Assembly: GCA_963849735.1 (NCBI GenBank)
Contig: CAWKJE010000033.1
Coordinates: 1,239 to 65,238 of the forward strand
Origin: an uncultured delta proteobacterium
GTDB taxonomy: Bacteria; Myxococcota_A; Polyangia; Fen-1088
Direction of reading: 5' to 3'
DNA: 64,000 bases
Position 1 is the first letter of the stretch. The number at the start of each line of letters is the position of its first letter. Made by a program: the position numbers and the translations under genes. A model generated the notes under the pieces. That model saw nothing but the letters and a program-made list of their open reading frames with translations. It had not been told where the DNA came from and ran no database searches. This document shows positions 9,613-19,219 of this stretch, in pieces.

Positions 9613-10398
9613 ATGACCACACCGGTGCTGTATCGAGGCGACTCTCTCGTGGCGCGACGGCTCGATCCAAATGCACCCCATCGAGGTCGGACATTCGTTC
9701 AACACGCGCTTAGCGATGGCCTGGCGGCGAGGTTTGCTGACTTCGGCAAGCTCAACGACCTGGCCAGGCATGAACAGGTTGACCTCCTGCTTGCTCACGT
9801 TGGGTACGATCGGGGCGAGCCAGAAGCGGACCTTGCGTACCATAGTCCGATGATTTCGTTTTCGACCAACGAGATGACAGCGATGGGATTCGCAAACCGT
9901 CCCGGGAAAACTCTCTGCGCCTGCTCGCCGGCTCAGGCGACCCATTTCATTTGGAAATTCACTCCTGCGCTGGTCCCGAAGCTGGGATTCAAGGGGACCA
10001 TCCTTCCCGGTGTCTACGAGTACCGCTATCGCGAGAACCACGAGAACGTTCTCGCGATCCTGGAAGAGCATCTCCACGATGGACTCCGTTCCTGGGCAGA
10101 CGGCGGAGCTTTCCCCGTCAAACAGATTGCCGCAGAGATGGTTGTCCGATCAGCGAACAACGATATGCATGCCGCTCTGGTGTTCGATGTGGCAACAGTA
10201 GCCAGTTCCAGGCTGGTTGATGGGAAGGACGCTCGGCTCGTGGAGAATGCGAGAGTACGCGGTCAACGGGACAACGAATGGTTGGTGCTTCCCTGTGATC
10301 TCATGCCTGACGGATTGCAACCAGTTTCGCGCCTGCGAATGAACGAGGACCTATTTCTTCACGCCTCACTCTGCTCTCCCGGAGAGCCGAAGCTCTGA
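9613..10398 (+). CDS. hypothetical protein (weak R-S-E ADP-ribosyltransferase-like motif pattern, unverified)
   Basis: The ORF is open from 9568; the ATG at 9613 gives 'MTTPVLYRGDS'. Motifs 'LYRG', 'SFSTNE' and 'DNEWLVLP' are present, but their spacing is atypical. Confidence 0.4.
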   Translation: MTTPVLYRGDSLVARRLDPNAPHRGRTFVQHALSDGLAARFADFGKLNDLARHEQVDLLLAHVGYDRGEPEADLAYHSPMISFSTNEMTAMGFANRPGKTLCACSPAQATHFIWKFTPALVPKLGFKGTILPGVYEYRYRENHENVLAILEEHLHDGLRSWADGGAFPVKQIAAEMVVRSANNDMHAALVFDVATVASSRLVDGKDARLVENARVRGQRDNEWLVLPCDLMPDGLQPVSRLRMNEDLFLHASLCSPGEPKL

Positions 10399-10938
10399 AG
10401 GCTGATGCCCTGCGTACGGCCACCTGCTCGCCGGCCAGGAGACGAGAACCGGCAACAACTTCGTCCGGCCACCCGTGGGCATCTCGTTGAGACCCGAAAC
10501 GACCTGTGGCAAAGGACCTTGCTCTTGTGATCCCCCCGCCTTGCGTTAGGCTCCGCTCATGCCGACTCCTGAGATTAACTTGCGTGCGCTGGTTCAGCGC
10601 TTGTCGGCCCCCCTCCCGGTCCGGGATCCACCCAAGGGTGGGCGTACGACCTGAAGCCGAGTGCCTGTCGGTCCCCGGTACCGCCATCACCACGGCCGGC
10701 ACGGTCACGCTGCCCACCACGGCCGAGTAGCCGCGGCTACCGGCCACCTACGGTATCCCGTGCCACCTACGGGGTGGTCAGAAGGTACCATGGTCTTGCC
10801 TCCTGGCGCAGGTGGCGCAGTCGGAAGCAGCATTGCCGATGGCTCAGGCCGGACCGTGGCAGCGCCTGATGGCAGTAGGTGCCGACTCCGGCTGCATCAC
10901 GCCAACCGCAGGCGCCAGCCGCTCATGGTTGTACTCGC

Positions 10939-11817
10939 ATGGTACCTTCGTTCCCCAACCAAGAGGTCAAGGTGACACCCGGGCAGGAGAGCCAGACCGC
11001 TATAATGGTTTGCGCGACACGAGCGGCTGCGCATGGCAGAACCGCGGTAGCGGCATTCACCGACCCGATCGCACTCGCTCTGCTTCCAGAGAACGCTCGA
11101 CTGCGCGTCGAACGCTTCCGCTCGGGAATGCCGCCGACAAACCTGCGTGAACGTGTTCGGTTTGCGTTCCTCGAGAAGCGGTCGAAGATGATGGTGGCCC
11201 GCACCGTTGCCATCGATAAGGCGATACGAGAGGCTCGGTCTTTGCAGGTTGTCATCCTTGGCGCTGGTCTTGATGGGCGGGCGTGGCGAATGCCAGAGCT
11301 GGCCGACGCGACCGTGTTCGAGGTAGACAATCCCGATTCCCAACGCGAGAAGCGGGCGCGGGTCGCATCGCTGAAGCAAGCCGCTCGTGACGTTCGTTTC
11401 GTGCCCGTCGATTTCACTCGCGACCGCCTTGAGGACGCGCTTGCATGTGCCGGTCACGATTCGGCTCGCCCAACGACCTGGGTGTGGGAAGGGGTCGTCA
11501 TGTATCTCGAGCGTGCCGACATCGAGGCAACGCTGCGAGTTGTCGAGGCGCGTTCGGCACCGAGGAGTCGCCTTGTTGTCTTGTATCACTCCCCCTCCGT
11601 CATCCGGAAGATGGCTGGGGTCTACCTGCGCCGGATTGGCGAGCCGGTCCGCTCTGCCTTCACCGCAAACGAGATGCGCGCGTTGCTCGCAGGGTTCGGT
11701 TTCACCGTGGTGGAGGATGACGACTTGGCGACAATCGCCACCAGAATGTCAGACGAGCTCACGGGAGCAGAGCAGTTCGTGAAGGCCTTGCGAATCGCGA
11801 CTGCGGACAGGCGGTGA
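10939..11817 (+). CDS. class I SAM-dependent methyltransferase (TIGR00027 / Leu carboxyl MTase-like family)
   Basis: 'TAIMVCATRAAAH', 'DPIALALL', 'VVILGAGLDGRAWR' and 'FEVDNPDSQ' are typical of this family. The start is uncertain (ORF open from 10879). Confidence 0.75.
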   Translation: MVPSFPNQEVKVTPGQESQTAIMVCATRAAAHGRTAVAAFTDPIALALLPENARLRVERFRSGMPPTNLRERVRFAFLEKRSKMMVARTVAIDKAIREARSLQVVILGAGLDGRAWRMPELADATVFEVDNPDSQREKRARVASLKQAARDVRFVPVDFTRDRLEDALACAGHDSARPTTWVWEGVVMYLERADIEATLRVVEARSAPRSRLVVLYHSPSVIRKMAGVYLRRIGEPVRSAFTANEMRALLAGFGFTVVEDDDLATIATRMSDELTGAEQFVKALRIATADRR

Positions 11818-11917
11818 TAGAGCAGTGGTCCTAGCGCCGTGAGCTGGACGCTGCGTCCAAAGGGCATTCGGTACTTGCTGACGTCCCAGCCGTTTCTGGC
11901 CGTGGAAGCCGCCGCGC

Positions 11918-12850
11918 TCAAGGGGTGTTTCTATTCGCGGCCGGCATGTGGATGGCGAGGTGCTCCTCGCTCCTAGCGTAAATCTGCTCGTCCGACCTGA
12001 CGAAGATCATCCGGTTGTACTCTTCCACCTCGCCCTCGGTCAGGGTTCTCTTCTCTCTGACCGCCTTCGTGTGATCGAAGTCCAACAGCAGTGCTCGTGT
12101 TGGTGTTACCGGGTAGTAGTATTCGAGTTCGGTCGGTGGCGGCCCGGCCTCGCCCCCCGTCCCGCGAGTGTTCACTATTGGTTGGTCCCCCGTCACGAGT
12201 TCCGTACCAACCGGGGAGTCCAAGAACACGAGCCGCAGCTTTCGCCGTCCGGCGTACAGGCTTGCCCCAAGGTTCGTGGAAAATATGGTGCGCAGCAGTC
12301 CCAAGGTTGCCTTGACCTGGAAAACGGGTGTGGTCCGTTGAACTCTCTCGGCAATTCGTCTCGCCACCCCAGGCGTCCGCAGCGATTGCGCCGCAATGAA
12401 CCGGGCAAAGTCGATAAACTGCCCATCGTTATCGAGCACGCTGGCATCTCCGTCACGCAGCGCCGCGAGCAACGGAACCGCCTTCTCCTCAATGGATTCG
12501 TGAATGTCCTCCTCCATGTTGTTAATGGCAATGTCCAGGCATTCCTCCAATTCGCGGTCGCTGCGACCGTTCGCTTCCCAGGCCCGCTTGATTTCAAAGA
12601 TTTGCTGGAAATGTGGAATCCATCCCCTCGCCAAAATGCGGAGTGGTTCGGTCATTTGCGAAATGAGCATCTCGACAAGCTGTAGGTCCTCCGAGGACAT
12701 TTCCTTCAAACGGTAAAAGTCGCGGCGATGTCCGACATTGCCAGTGTTTGCCCGAAAGACAGACTCGCCCCGACGACACCACACCTGCCCGCCGACAGCC
12801 CAAGCCTTGAGGTAGTGTTCCCATACGTAGTGTTGCTTTCTCTTCTTCAA
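11918..12850 (-). CDS. DUF4238 domain protein
   Basis: N-terminal 'KQHYVWEHYLKAW' matches the DUF4238 'HYVPxFYLxxF' signature. 310 aa. Confidence 0.6.
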   Translation of the reverse strand: MKKRKQHYVWEHYLKAWAVGGQVWCRRGESVFRANTGNVGHRRDFYRLKEMSSEDLQLVEMLISQMTEPLRILARGWIPHFQQIFEIKRAWEANGRSDRELEECLDIAINNMEEDIHESIEEKAVPLLAALRDGDASVLDNDGQFIDFARFIAAQSLRTPGVARRIAERVQRTTPVFQVKATLGLLRTIFSTNLGASLYAGRRKLRLVFLDSPVGTELVTGDQPIVNTRGTGGEAGPPPTELEYYYPVTPTRALLLDFDHTKAVREKRTLTEGEVEEYNRMIFVRSDEQIYARSEEHLAIHMPAANRNTP

Positions 12851-12874
12851 GCGGCCGCCTTCGCCTCCGACCCG

Positions 12875-13741
12875 CTAGTTCTGGTTCAAGCCGAACTCGC
12901 GCGTGGCGAGCCTATCTTTCCAGTTCGATTCGAGACGAATGACGTCCTCCGCCGGAGAGTCGGGTGCAACACGCTGGAGAATGGCGAAGCTGAAGTTCCG
13001 TGGGTCACGTCCCCTGAGGTCGACGTTACCGCCGTGGCCGGTTCGGGCGTAGGCTTGCCAGCGCGCCAAGACGTTCTCGCGCCCATATGCGCTCCCCACG
13101 TATGACTTGCCGCTGGCGCGATCAAGAACCAAGTAGACGCCTCGCCACTGCCCCATCGCTGCTTGCCAAGCTCGCGGCAGAGACTGCAGCTCCGCCCAGG
13201 TCAGCACAATCTCGTTCCACGTCGGCATTTGCTTGACCAAGATGCTCTCCGCGTGAACGGCGTCTACCGGCATCCGGTTTCGGGCTGCCCAGCGCCACCA
13301 CGAACGTTCGGGAGGAGGCCAGTTGACGACAAGCCGGCCTTTCCAAACTGCGATGTGCTCGGTGCAGACAAGATTAAACAGCTTCAGCCGCCGCACCGCC
13401 TGGGGGCCTCGGTCGCCGAGCTGGACGAGCCTCCTGCTGGTTTCGAGCGCCGCCCATCTCTTGCCTGTCATGTTGCGCCACCCATCGACACGGTAGACGC
13501 CGACGAAGAGCGCCTTGCCTGGCTCATGGCCGATGAACGACGCCAGGTAAGCAGCTCGTCCAAGCGCACGTTCGACAGTTTCATGATGTTGGCATTGGTA
13601 CGCGTTGTAAAGGTCTGGCTCTTCGGCCGCGAACCAAGGCAGCGCCTTGCGCAGCTCTGGCTCGGTCGGCCGATGGCGCATCACGATTCCCATCTTCGGG
13701 TCCAAGCCCTCTTTTTCCAGCAGGTCATTCAGCTCAATCAT
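12875..13741 (-). CDS. GIY-YIG nuclease family protein with unknown ~190-aa N-terminal domain
   Basis: The C-terminus 'GVYLVLDRASGKSYVGSAYG...RW..Y...GHGGN...NFSFAIL...E..WKDRL' follows the GIY-YIG pattern. It lies 24 nt upstream of the DUF4238 gene on the same strand. Confidence 0.7.
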   Translation of the reverse strand: MIELNDLLEKEGLDPKMGIVMRHRPTEPELRKALPWFAAEEPDLYNAYQCQHHETVERALGRAAYLASFIGHEPGKALFVGVYRVDGWRNMTGKRWAALETSRRLVQLGDRGPQAVRRLKLFNLVCTEHIAVWKGRLVVNWPPPERSWWRWAARNRMPVDAVHAESILVKQMPTWNEIVLTWAELQSLPRAWQAAMGQWRGVYLVLDRASGKSYVGSAYGRENVLARWQAYARTGHGGNVDLRGRDPRNFSFAILQRVAPDSPAEDVIRLESNWKDRLATREFGLNQN

Positions 13742-13852
13742 GAACCCAGACCTCCAGGTCCATGGTAACGCACCCCATGATCTGCGTCGACTAGTGGTGA
13801 TATCATGCGGATGCGATGTACTCCCCCACGCACGGCCACCCGGAGATGAAAC

Positions 13853-15448
13853 ATGGCGAAGGGTAGCGACAGGGCCCCGACGCCAAAATCTAAATCGAAC
13901 GGCACCGTCGCCAACGGCTCGGCAGCGAACCTAGGTTTCGAGACCAAGTTATGGCTGGCCGCCGACAAGCTCCGCAACAACATGGACGCGGCGGAATACA
14001 AGCACGTCGTTCTTGGGCTCATCTTCCTCAAGTACATCTCGGATACCTTCGACGAGCACCACGCCAAGCTGGTCGCGGGCAAGGGCGACTACGCGGGTGC
14101 CAACCCCGAGGACAAGGACGAGTACAAGGCCGAGAACGTGTTCTGGGTGCCCAAGGAGGGCCGCTGGGCACACCTGCAGGCCAGCGCCAAGCAGCCGACC
14201 ATCGGCAAGGTCGTGGACGACGCCATGGTGGCCATCGAGCGTGACAACCCGCGTCTCAAGGGTGTCCTGCCTAAGGAGTACGCCCGCCCTGCGCTGGATA
14301 AGCACCGCCTGGGCGAGCTTATCGACCTCATCGGCACCATCGGCCTAGGCGACCGTGAAAACCGCGCCAAGGACATTCTGGGCCGCGTGTACGAGTACTT
14401 CCTCACCCAGTTCGCCAGCGCCGAGGGCAAGAACGGCGGCCAGTTCTACACGCCATCCTGCGTCGTGCGCTGCCTGGTTGCCATGCTCGCGCCCTACAAG
14501 GGCCGCATCTACGACCCCTGCTGCGGCTCAGGCGGCATGTTCGTGCAGTCGGAAAAGTTCGTGGAAGCGCACGGCGGCAAGCTGGGCGACATCAGCATCT
14601 ACGGCCAGGAGAGCAACGCCACCACCCGTCGTTTGGCCGTGATGAACCTGGCCCTTCGCGGCATCGAAGCCGACTTCGGACCTGAGCACGCCGACACCTT
14701 TCGCCGTGATCTGCACCCAGATCTACGCGCCGACTACGTATTGGCAAATCCCCCCTTCAACGACTCGGACTGGTTCCGCAAGGACGATGATGTCCGCTGG
14801 CAGTACGGCATCCCGCCCAAGGGCAACGCCAACTTCGCCTGGGTCTCGCATTTCATCCATCACCTCGCACCCAACGGCATGGCTGGCTTCGTCCTCGCCA
14901 ACGGCAGCATGTCGTCCAACCAGTCCGGCGAGGGCGAGATCCGCAAAGCCATCATCGAAGCCGACCTGGTGGACTGCATGGTCGCCATGCCCGGCCAGCT
15001 CTTCTACAGCACGCAGATTCCCGTCTGCCTGTGGTTCCTGGCCAAGAACAAGAATGACGGCAAGCGTCGCGACCGACGTAAACAAACCCTGTTCCTCGAC
15101 GCCCGCAAGCTCGGCACCCTCATCGACCGCGTTCATCGTGAGTTGACCGACGCCGATCTGGACAAAATCGCCGGCACCTACCACGCATGGCGCGGGGATA
15201 AAGGCGCGGGCAAGTACAAGGACATCCCTGGGTTCTGCAAGTCTGCCACCACCGCTGAAATTGCCACCCATGGCCACGTGCTCACCCCTGGCCGCTATGT
15301 CGGTGCCGAGGAGGTCGAGGACGACGGCGAGCCCTTCGGCAAGAAGATGGCGCGCCTCGTGGCGGAGCTGAACGGGCAGTTCGTCGAGGGGGCCAAGCTG
15401 GAGAAGGCCATCAAGGCGAACCTGAAGGGGCTGGGATATGGGGGGTGA
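13853..15448 (+). CDS. hsdM: Type I restriction-modification DNA methyltransferase subunit
   Basis: N6-adenine MTase motifs 'DPCCGSGGM' (motif I) and 'LANPPFN' (motif IV), plus an HsdM N-terminal helical region. Confidence 0.95.
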   Translation: MAKGSDRAPTPKSKSNGTVANGSAANLGFETKLWLAADKLRNNMDAAEYKHVVLGLIFLKYISDTFDEHHAKLVAGKGDYAGANPEDKDEYKAENVFWVPKEGRWAHLQASAKQPTIGKVVDDAMVAIERDNPRLKGVLPKEYARPALDKHRLGELIDLIGTIGLGDRENRAKDILGRVYEYFLTQFASAEGKNGGQFYTPSCVVRCLVAMLAPYKGRIYDPCCGSGGMFVQSEKFVEAHGGKLGDISIYGQESNATTRRLAVMNLALRGIEADFGPEHADTFRRDLHPDLRADYVLANPPFNDSDWFRKDDDVRWQYGIPPKGNANFAWVSHFIHHLAPNGMAGFVLANGSMSSNQSGEGEIRKAIIEADLVDCMVAMPGQLFYSTQIPVCLWFLAKNKNDGKRRDRRKQTLFLDARKLGTLIDRVHRELTDADLDKIAGTYHAWRGDKGAGKYKDIPGFCKSATTAEIATHGHVLTPGRYVGAEEVEDDGEPFGKKMARLVAELNGQFVEGAKLEKAIKANLKGLGYGG

Positions 15449-16739
15449 GTGGAAACTCACTTCGCTTCGCGAGGCTGGCGTGTCGCTGATCGACTGCGAC
15501 CACCGCACTCCGCCAGCTTCCGAATCTGGCTACCCCTACATTGCGATTCCGCAGCTCAAGGAAGGCCGGCTTAACCTTGCTGACGTCCGCCACATTTCAT
15601 CCGAGCACTTCGTCGATTGGACCCGCAAGGCCAAGCCCCAGCACCACGACGTGATTCTTTCCCGGCGCTGCAATCCGGGGGAAACAGCCTACGTCCCTGC
15701 GGGTCTTGCATGTGCCCTTGGTCAGAACCTTGTCCTCCTCCGCTCGGACGGAGCTAAGGTCTGGCCGCCATTTCTTCGATGGCTCGTTCGTGGACCGGTC
15801 TGGTGGGAGCAGGTCGGCACGTTCATCAATGTGGGCGCGGTTTTCGACAGTCTGAAGTGTGCGGACATCCCCAACTTCAAGGTGCCACTCCCACCCCTCG
15901 CCGAGCAAAAGGCCATCGCGGCGATCCTCGGGGCGCTAGACGACAAGATAGAGTTGAACCGGCGGATGAACGCGACGCTGGAGGCGATGGCACGGGCGCT
16001 GTTCCAGAGCTGGTTCGTGGATTTCGACCCCGTTCGCGCCAAGCTCGACGGTCGCAAACCCGATGGCCTCGACACGGCCACCGCAGCGCTGTTTCCATCT
16101 GCCTTCCAGGACTCCGCCCTTGGCCCTATTCCACAGGGATGGAAGGTGGCCGCCCTACGTGAGATTGCCGAGGTGTCTTCGGGCGGCACGCCATCCAAAG
16201 CCACGCACGCCTATTGGCACGGAACCATCCCCTGGATCTCCCCCAAGGTCATGACGGGGATACACGTGAATGATTCCGACGACCGCGTCTCGGAAGACGC
16301 AGTTGGCAATGGAACGCGGCTAGTCCCCAAAGGAGCTGTCCTTGTCATGGTTCGAGGCATGGGGCTGCATCAAGGTGTCCGGATTTCGGAGGCTCAGCGC
16401 GACGTCACCTTCAACCAGGACGTGAAGGCCGTCGTCGCGAAGACTGTTCCCGGCACGTTCTTGCTGTATGGGCTCCTCCATGCAGCCCCGATGCTGCTGT
16501 CGAAGGTGCATGCGTCTGGGCATGGCACCGGCGTCCTATCGACGGAATTTCTCGACCAGCTATCGTTCACCGTTCCGCCGTACGACCGCATTGCCGCGCT
16601 GGTACAGCCTCTGGTCACCTTGAATTCCAAGCTAGCCACCAATGATGGCGAGGCTCGCACGCTGGCAACGCTGCGTGACAGCCTGCTTCCTGTCCTTCTC
16701 TCGGGCAAGCTGTCCGTTAGAAGCTCCGCCCGCGCATAG
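15438..16739 (+). CDS. hsdS: Type I restriction-modification specificity subunit
   Basis: Two variable target-recognition regions are separated by the conserved helices '[48 protein letters not shown]' and the C-terminal '...[17 protein letters not shown]'. It overlaps the hsdM stop by 11 nt. Confidence 0.9.
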   Translation: MGGEWKLTSLREAGVSLIDCDHRTPPASESGYPYIAIPQLKEGRLNLADVRHISSEHFVDWTRKAKPQHHDVILSRRCNPGETAYVPAGLACALGQNLVLLRSDGAKVWPPFLRWLVRGPVWWEQVGTFINVGAVFDSLKCADIPNFKVPLPPLAEQKAIAAILGALDDKIELNRRMNATLEAMARALFQSWFVDFDPVRAKLDGRKPDGLDTATAALFPSAFQDSALGPIPQGWKVAALREIAEVSSGGTPSKATHAYWHGTIPWISPKVMTGIHVNDSDDRVSEDAVGNGTRLVPKGAVLVMVRGMGLHQGVRISEAQRDVTFNQDVKAVVAKTVPGTFLLYGLLHAAPMLLSKVHASGHGTGVLSTEFLDQLSFTVPPYDRIAALVQPLVTLNSKLATNDGEARTLATLRDSLLPVLLSGKLSVRSSARA

Positions 16740-16749
16740 GGGGCCAAGA

Positions 16750-19035
16750 ATGAAGATTACCAGCATTTCCAGGCTCAAAGCGTACGGCATCTTTCGGGAC
16801 TTCACCTGGCCGAAGGACCTCCAAACATTTGCAAGGTTCAACCTTGTGTACGGGTGGAACGGGACAGGCAAGACGACCCTTGCCGGGCTGTTTCGCAATC
16901 TACAGGACAAGACCGCCATTACCACCGGGGAGGTGGTCCTCGGGGTCGATGATGAGCAGGTCAAGGGCTCTGAGATCCCCGGGTCAGCTATCCCGGCCGT
17001 ACGGGTCTTCAACCGCGACTCCATCGCAGCTACGGTTGCGGCCTTCGGCGAGGAGATTGCTCCGATTTATTTTTTCGGCCAGGACAGTGTTGAGAAACAG
17101 CGACGGGTCGAGGAACTAAAGAAGGACTGTGGTGTTGCTGATGCCGGAGCCGCGACGGCCAAGGCGACCCAGGTGGCTGCCGTGAAGGCCCTCGACGATT
17201 TCTGCATCGCAAAGGCGAAGGTCATCAAGGAGGTCTTGATCTGCTCGCGCTCCACGGCCTACAACAACTACGACAAGCGGCGCTTTCGGCAGACGGTCGA
17301 GAATCTAAACCCAACCTCTCAGCAAGCGGCGTTGCTCCGGGACGACCAGAAGGCCAAGTTCCGCAGTCAGAAGGATGCTCAACCCAAGCCGGTCCAGTCC
17401 ACCGTTGCGTGCGAGATCCCTAATTTTGCACAACTGGTCGCCCGCACCAATGCGCTCTTGAATCGCTCTGTCGTGTCCAAGGTGATTCCTGCCCTTGCTA
17501 GCGATCGCGATGTTGGCACATGGGTTCACCAGGGCCTTGCGCTCCACACAGGCGACCGAAGTATCGGCGAGTGCCGTTTTTGCGGCCAGAAGCTGCCACG
17601 TGAACGGGTGCTTGCCCTGGAGGCCCATTTCAATGATGCATTTGCTCGGTTCCAGGCCGAGATAGACAGCCTGGCGACGACGGTCGAAGATGACAGAAAG
17701 CGCTTGGCGGAAGTTGCGCTGCCAGATTCCTCTAGGCTGTATGACCATCTGATGACCGACTGGGAGGTGGCACAGATAACGACACGTGGACTGCTTGAAC
17801 CTGCGATTGCCTATCTGGGCGTGCTACATGCGCATCTAGTGGCAAAGAGAGGTGCCCCATTCACGCCGGCATCACTCAATGCGCCCGTTACCCCTAACCG
17901 TGATGTCATCGTGGGAGCCATTGCGGCGGTCAATGGTGTTATCGAGAGGCACAACGCAACGACATCGCGTTTTGAGAACGAGGTCGAGTCTGCATGCCAG
18001 ACGCTCGAGCGTTGCTACGTGGCCGAGGCATTCGATGACTTCACCCGACTTCGAAACGCAATCGGAGAAGCCGAGGCTGCGGCAACCGTCGCAACGATCG
18101 CCGCTCAGGGACTGCGCGACAGCATTGCCAAGATCGAGCGCGAGATCGTCGAGCACCTCCGGCCGGCCGAAGAACTTAATGCAGAGCTGCAGGCGTATCT
18201 CGGTCGTGACGAACTTCGTTTCGAGGTGAAGGAAGCCGGGTACATGATGACGAGGAATGGCCTGCCCGCGAGCGGCCTCAGCGAAGGAGAAAAGACCGCG
18301 GTCGCCTTCCTCTACTTCCTCAAGTCGCTCCAGGACAAGTCCTTTGACCTCGCCAACGGCGTGGTCGTGATCGACGACCCGGTGTCGAGCCTCGATGCGA
18401 ATGCTCTGTTCTCGGCGTTTAGCTACATGAAAGAGCGGACGAAGGCGGCCGGCCAGCTCTTTGTCCTAACGCACAATTTCTGTTTTTTCCGTCAGGTTAG
18501 GAACTGGTACCACTACGTCAATCGCCACCAGAAGGGCCCGAAGGACGAGCGCCCGCCTGCAAGGTTCTTCCTTCTCAGTGCCATCGGCAACCATGACAGC
18601 GACCGTGAGGCGATGCTGGGGCCGATAGACAGAATGCTGGAAGAGTTCGATTCTGAGTACCATTACCTGTTCAAGCTTGTATCCAAGGAGGCCTGTCGCA
18701 GGAAGGAGAGCATTCCCATGGATACCCGGTACTCGATGCCGAACCTTGCTCGTCGGCTTCTTGAGGCGTTTCTTGCTTTCAGGTATCCTGACTGCAGCGG
18801 AGAAAACCTTCTCTTCGCCGCCCTGGAGCGCGTCAACGTCGATTCCGCGAAGAAGAACCGGATCTTGCGCCTGGTCAACACGCACTCGCACTCCGGAGGG
18901 ATTAGCGACACCAACGACGATCCCTGGGCTCTGTTGGAAACTGGGGTCGTTCTCCAAGATGTCCTCGATTTGATCCGCCACGAAGACCCTGCTCACTTCG
19001 AAGGGATGGTGAGGCGCATAGACTCGGCATCGTGA
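16750..19035 (+). CDS. rloC: RloC-like anticodon nuclease (AAA_13 / Rad50-like ATPase with zinc hook and PrrC-type C-terminal nuclease motif)
   Basis: Walker A 'GWNGTGKTT'; CxxC hook 'ECRFCGQ' inside long helical segments; 'LSEGEKTAVAF'; Walker B 'VVVIDDPVSSLD'; 'VLTHN'. The C-terminal 'RRLLEAF...NTHSHSG' resembles the PrrC Arg-Glu-His triad. Its position between hsdS and hsdR is classical. The ATG at 16750 is preferred over the 16642 start, which overlaps hsdS. Confidence 0.75.
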   Translation: MKITSISRLKAYGIFRDFTWPKDLQTFARFNLVYGWNGTGKTTLAGLFRNLQDKTAITTGEVVLGVDDEQVKGSEIPGSAIPAVRVFNRDSIAATVAAFGEEIAPIYFFGQDSVEKQRRVEELKKDCGVADAGAATAKATQVAAVKALDDFCIAKAKVIKEVLICSRSTAYNNYDKRRFRQTVENLNPTSQQAALLRDDQKAKFRSQKDAQPKPVQSTVACEIPNFAQLVARTNALLNRSVVSKVIPALASDRDVGTWVHQGLALHTGDRSIGECRFCGQKLPRERVLALEAHFNDAFARFQAEIDSLATTVEDDRKRLAEVALPDSSRLYDHLMTDWEVAQITTRGLLEPAIAYLGVLHAHLVAKRGAPFTPASLNAPVTPNRDVIVGAIAAVNGVIERHNATTSRFENEVESACQTLERCYVAEAFDDFTRLRNAIGEAEAAATVATIAAQGLRDSIAKIEREIVEHLRPAEELNAELQAYLGRDELRFEVKEAGYMMTRNGLPASGLSEGEKTAVAFLYFLKSLQDKSFDLANGVVVIDDPVSSLDANALFSAFSYMKERTKAAGQLFVLTHNFCFFRQVRNWYHYVNRHQKGPKDERPPARFFLLSAIGNHDSDREAMLGPIDRMLEEFDSEYHYLFKLVSKEACRRKESIPMDTRYSMPNLARRLLEAFLAFRYPDCSGENLLFAALERVNVDSAKKNRILRLVNTHSHSGGISDTNDDPWALLETGVVLQDVLDLIRHEDPAHFEGMVRRIDSAS

Positions 19036-19219
19036 GGAGGGAAAACCAAGAGCCTCTTGTTCCCTGGTCGTCCCTGCGGCATTCGACGCTGTCAGTGTGG
19101 GAACATCCGACGGATCAGGGCGCAGTGAGCCCAGCTGGGAGAGTCGCCCGCACGCCTGAGGAAAGGGGAAAAGGGAGCCCGGCCGGAAATCGAGTTACAA
19201 TGCCGCAGGACGATCCGGC

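Noticed and set aside
10506-10878. Short ORFs in the spacer upstream of the methyltransferase gene (including a 31-aa 'MPTPEINLRALVQRL...')
   Set aside because: They have no RBS or motif support and are too short. The spacer may be regulatory or decayed sequence.
16642-16749. 36-codon N-terminal extension of the RloC-like ORF
   Set aside because: It overlaps the end of hsdS in another frame and encodes a Cys/Arg-rich odd peptide. 'MKITSI...' at 16750, just after the hsdS stop, matches typical N-termini of this ATPase family.
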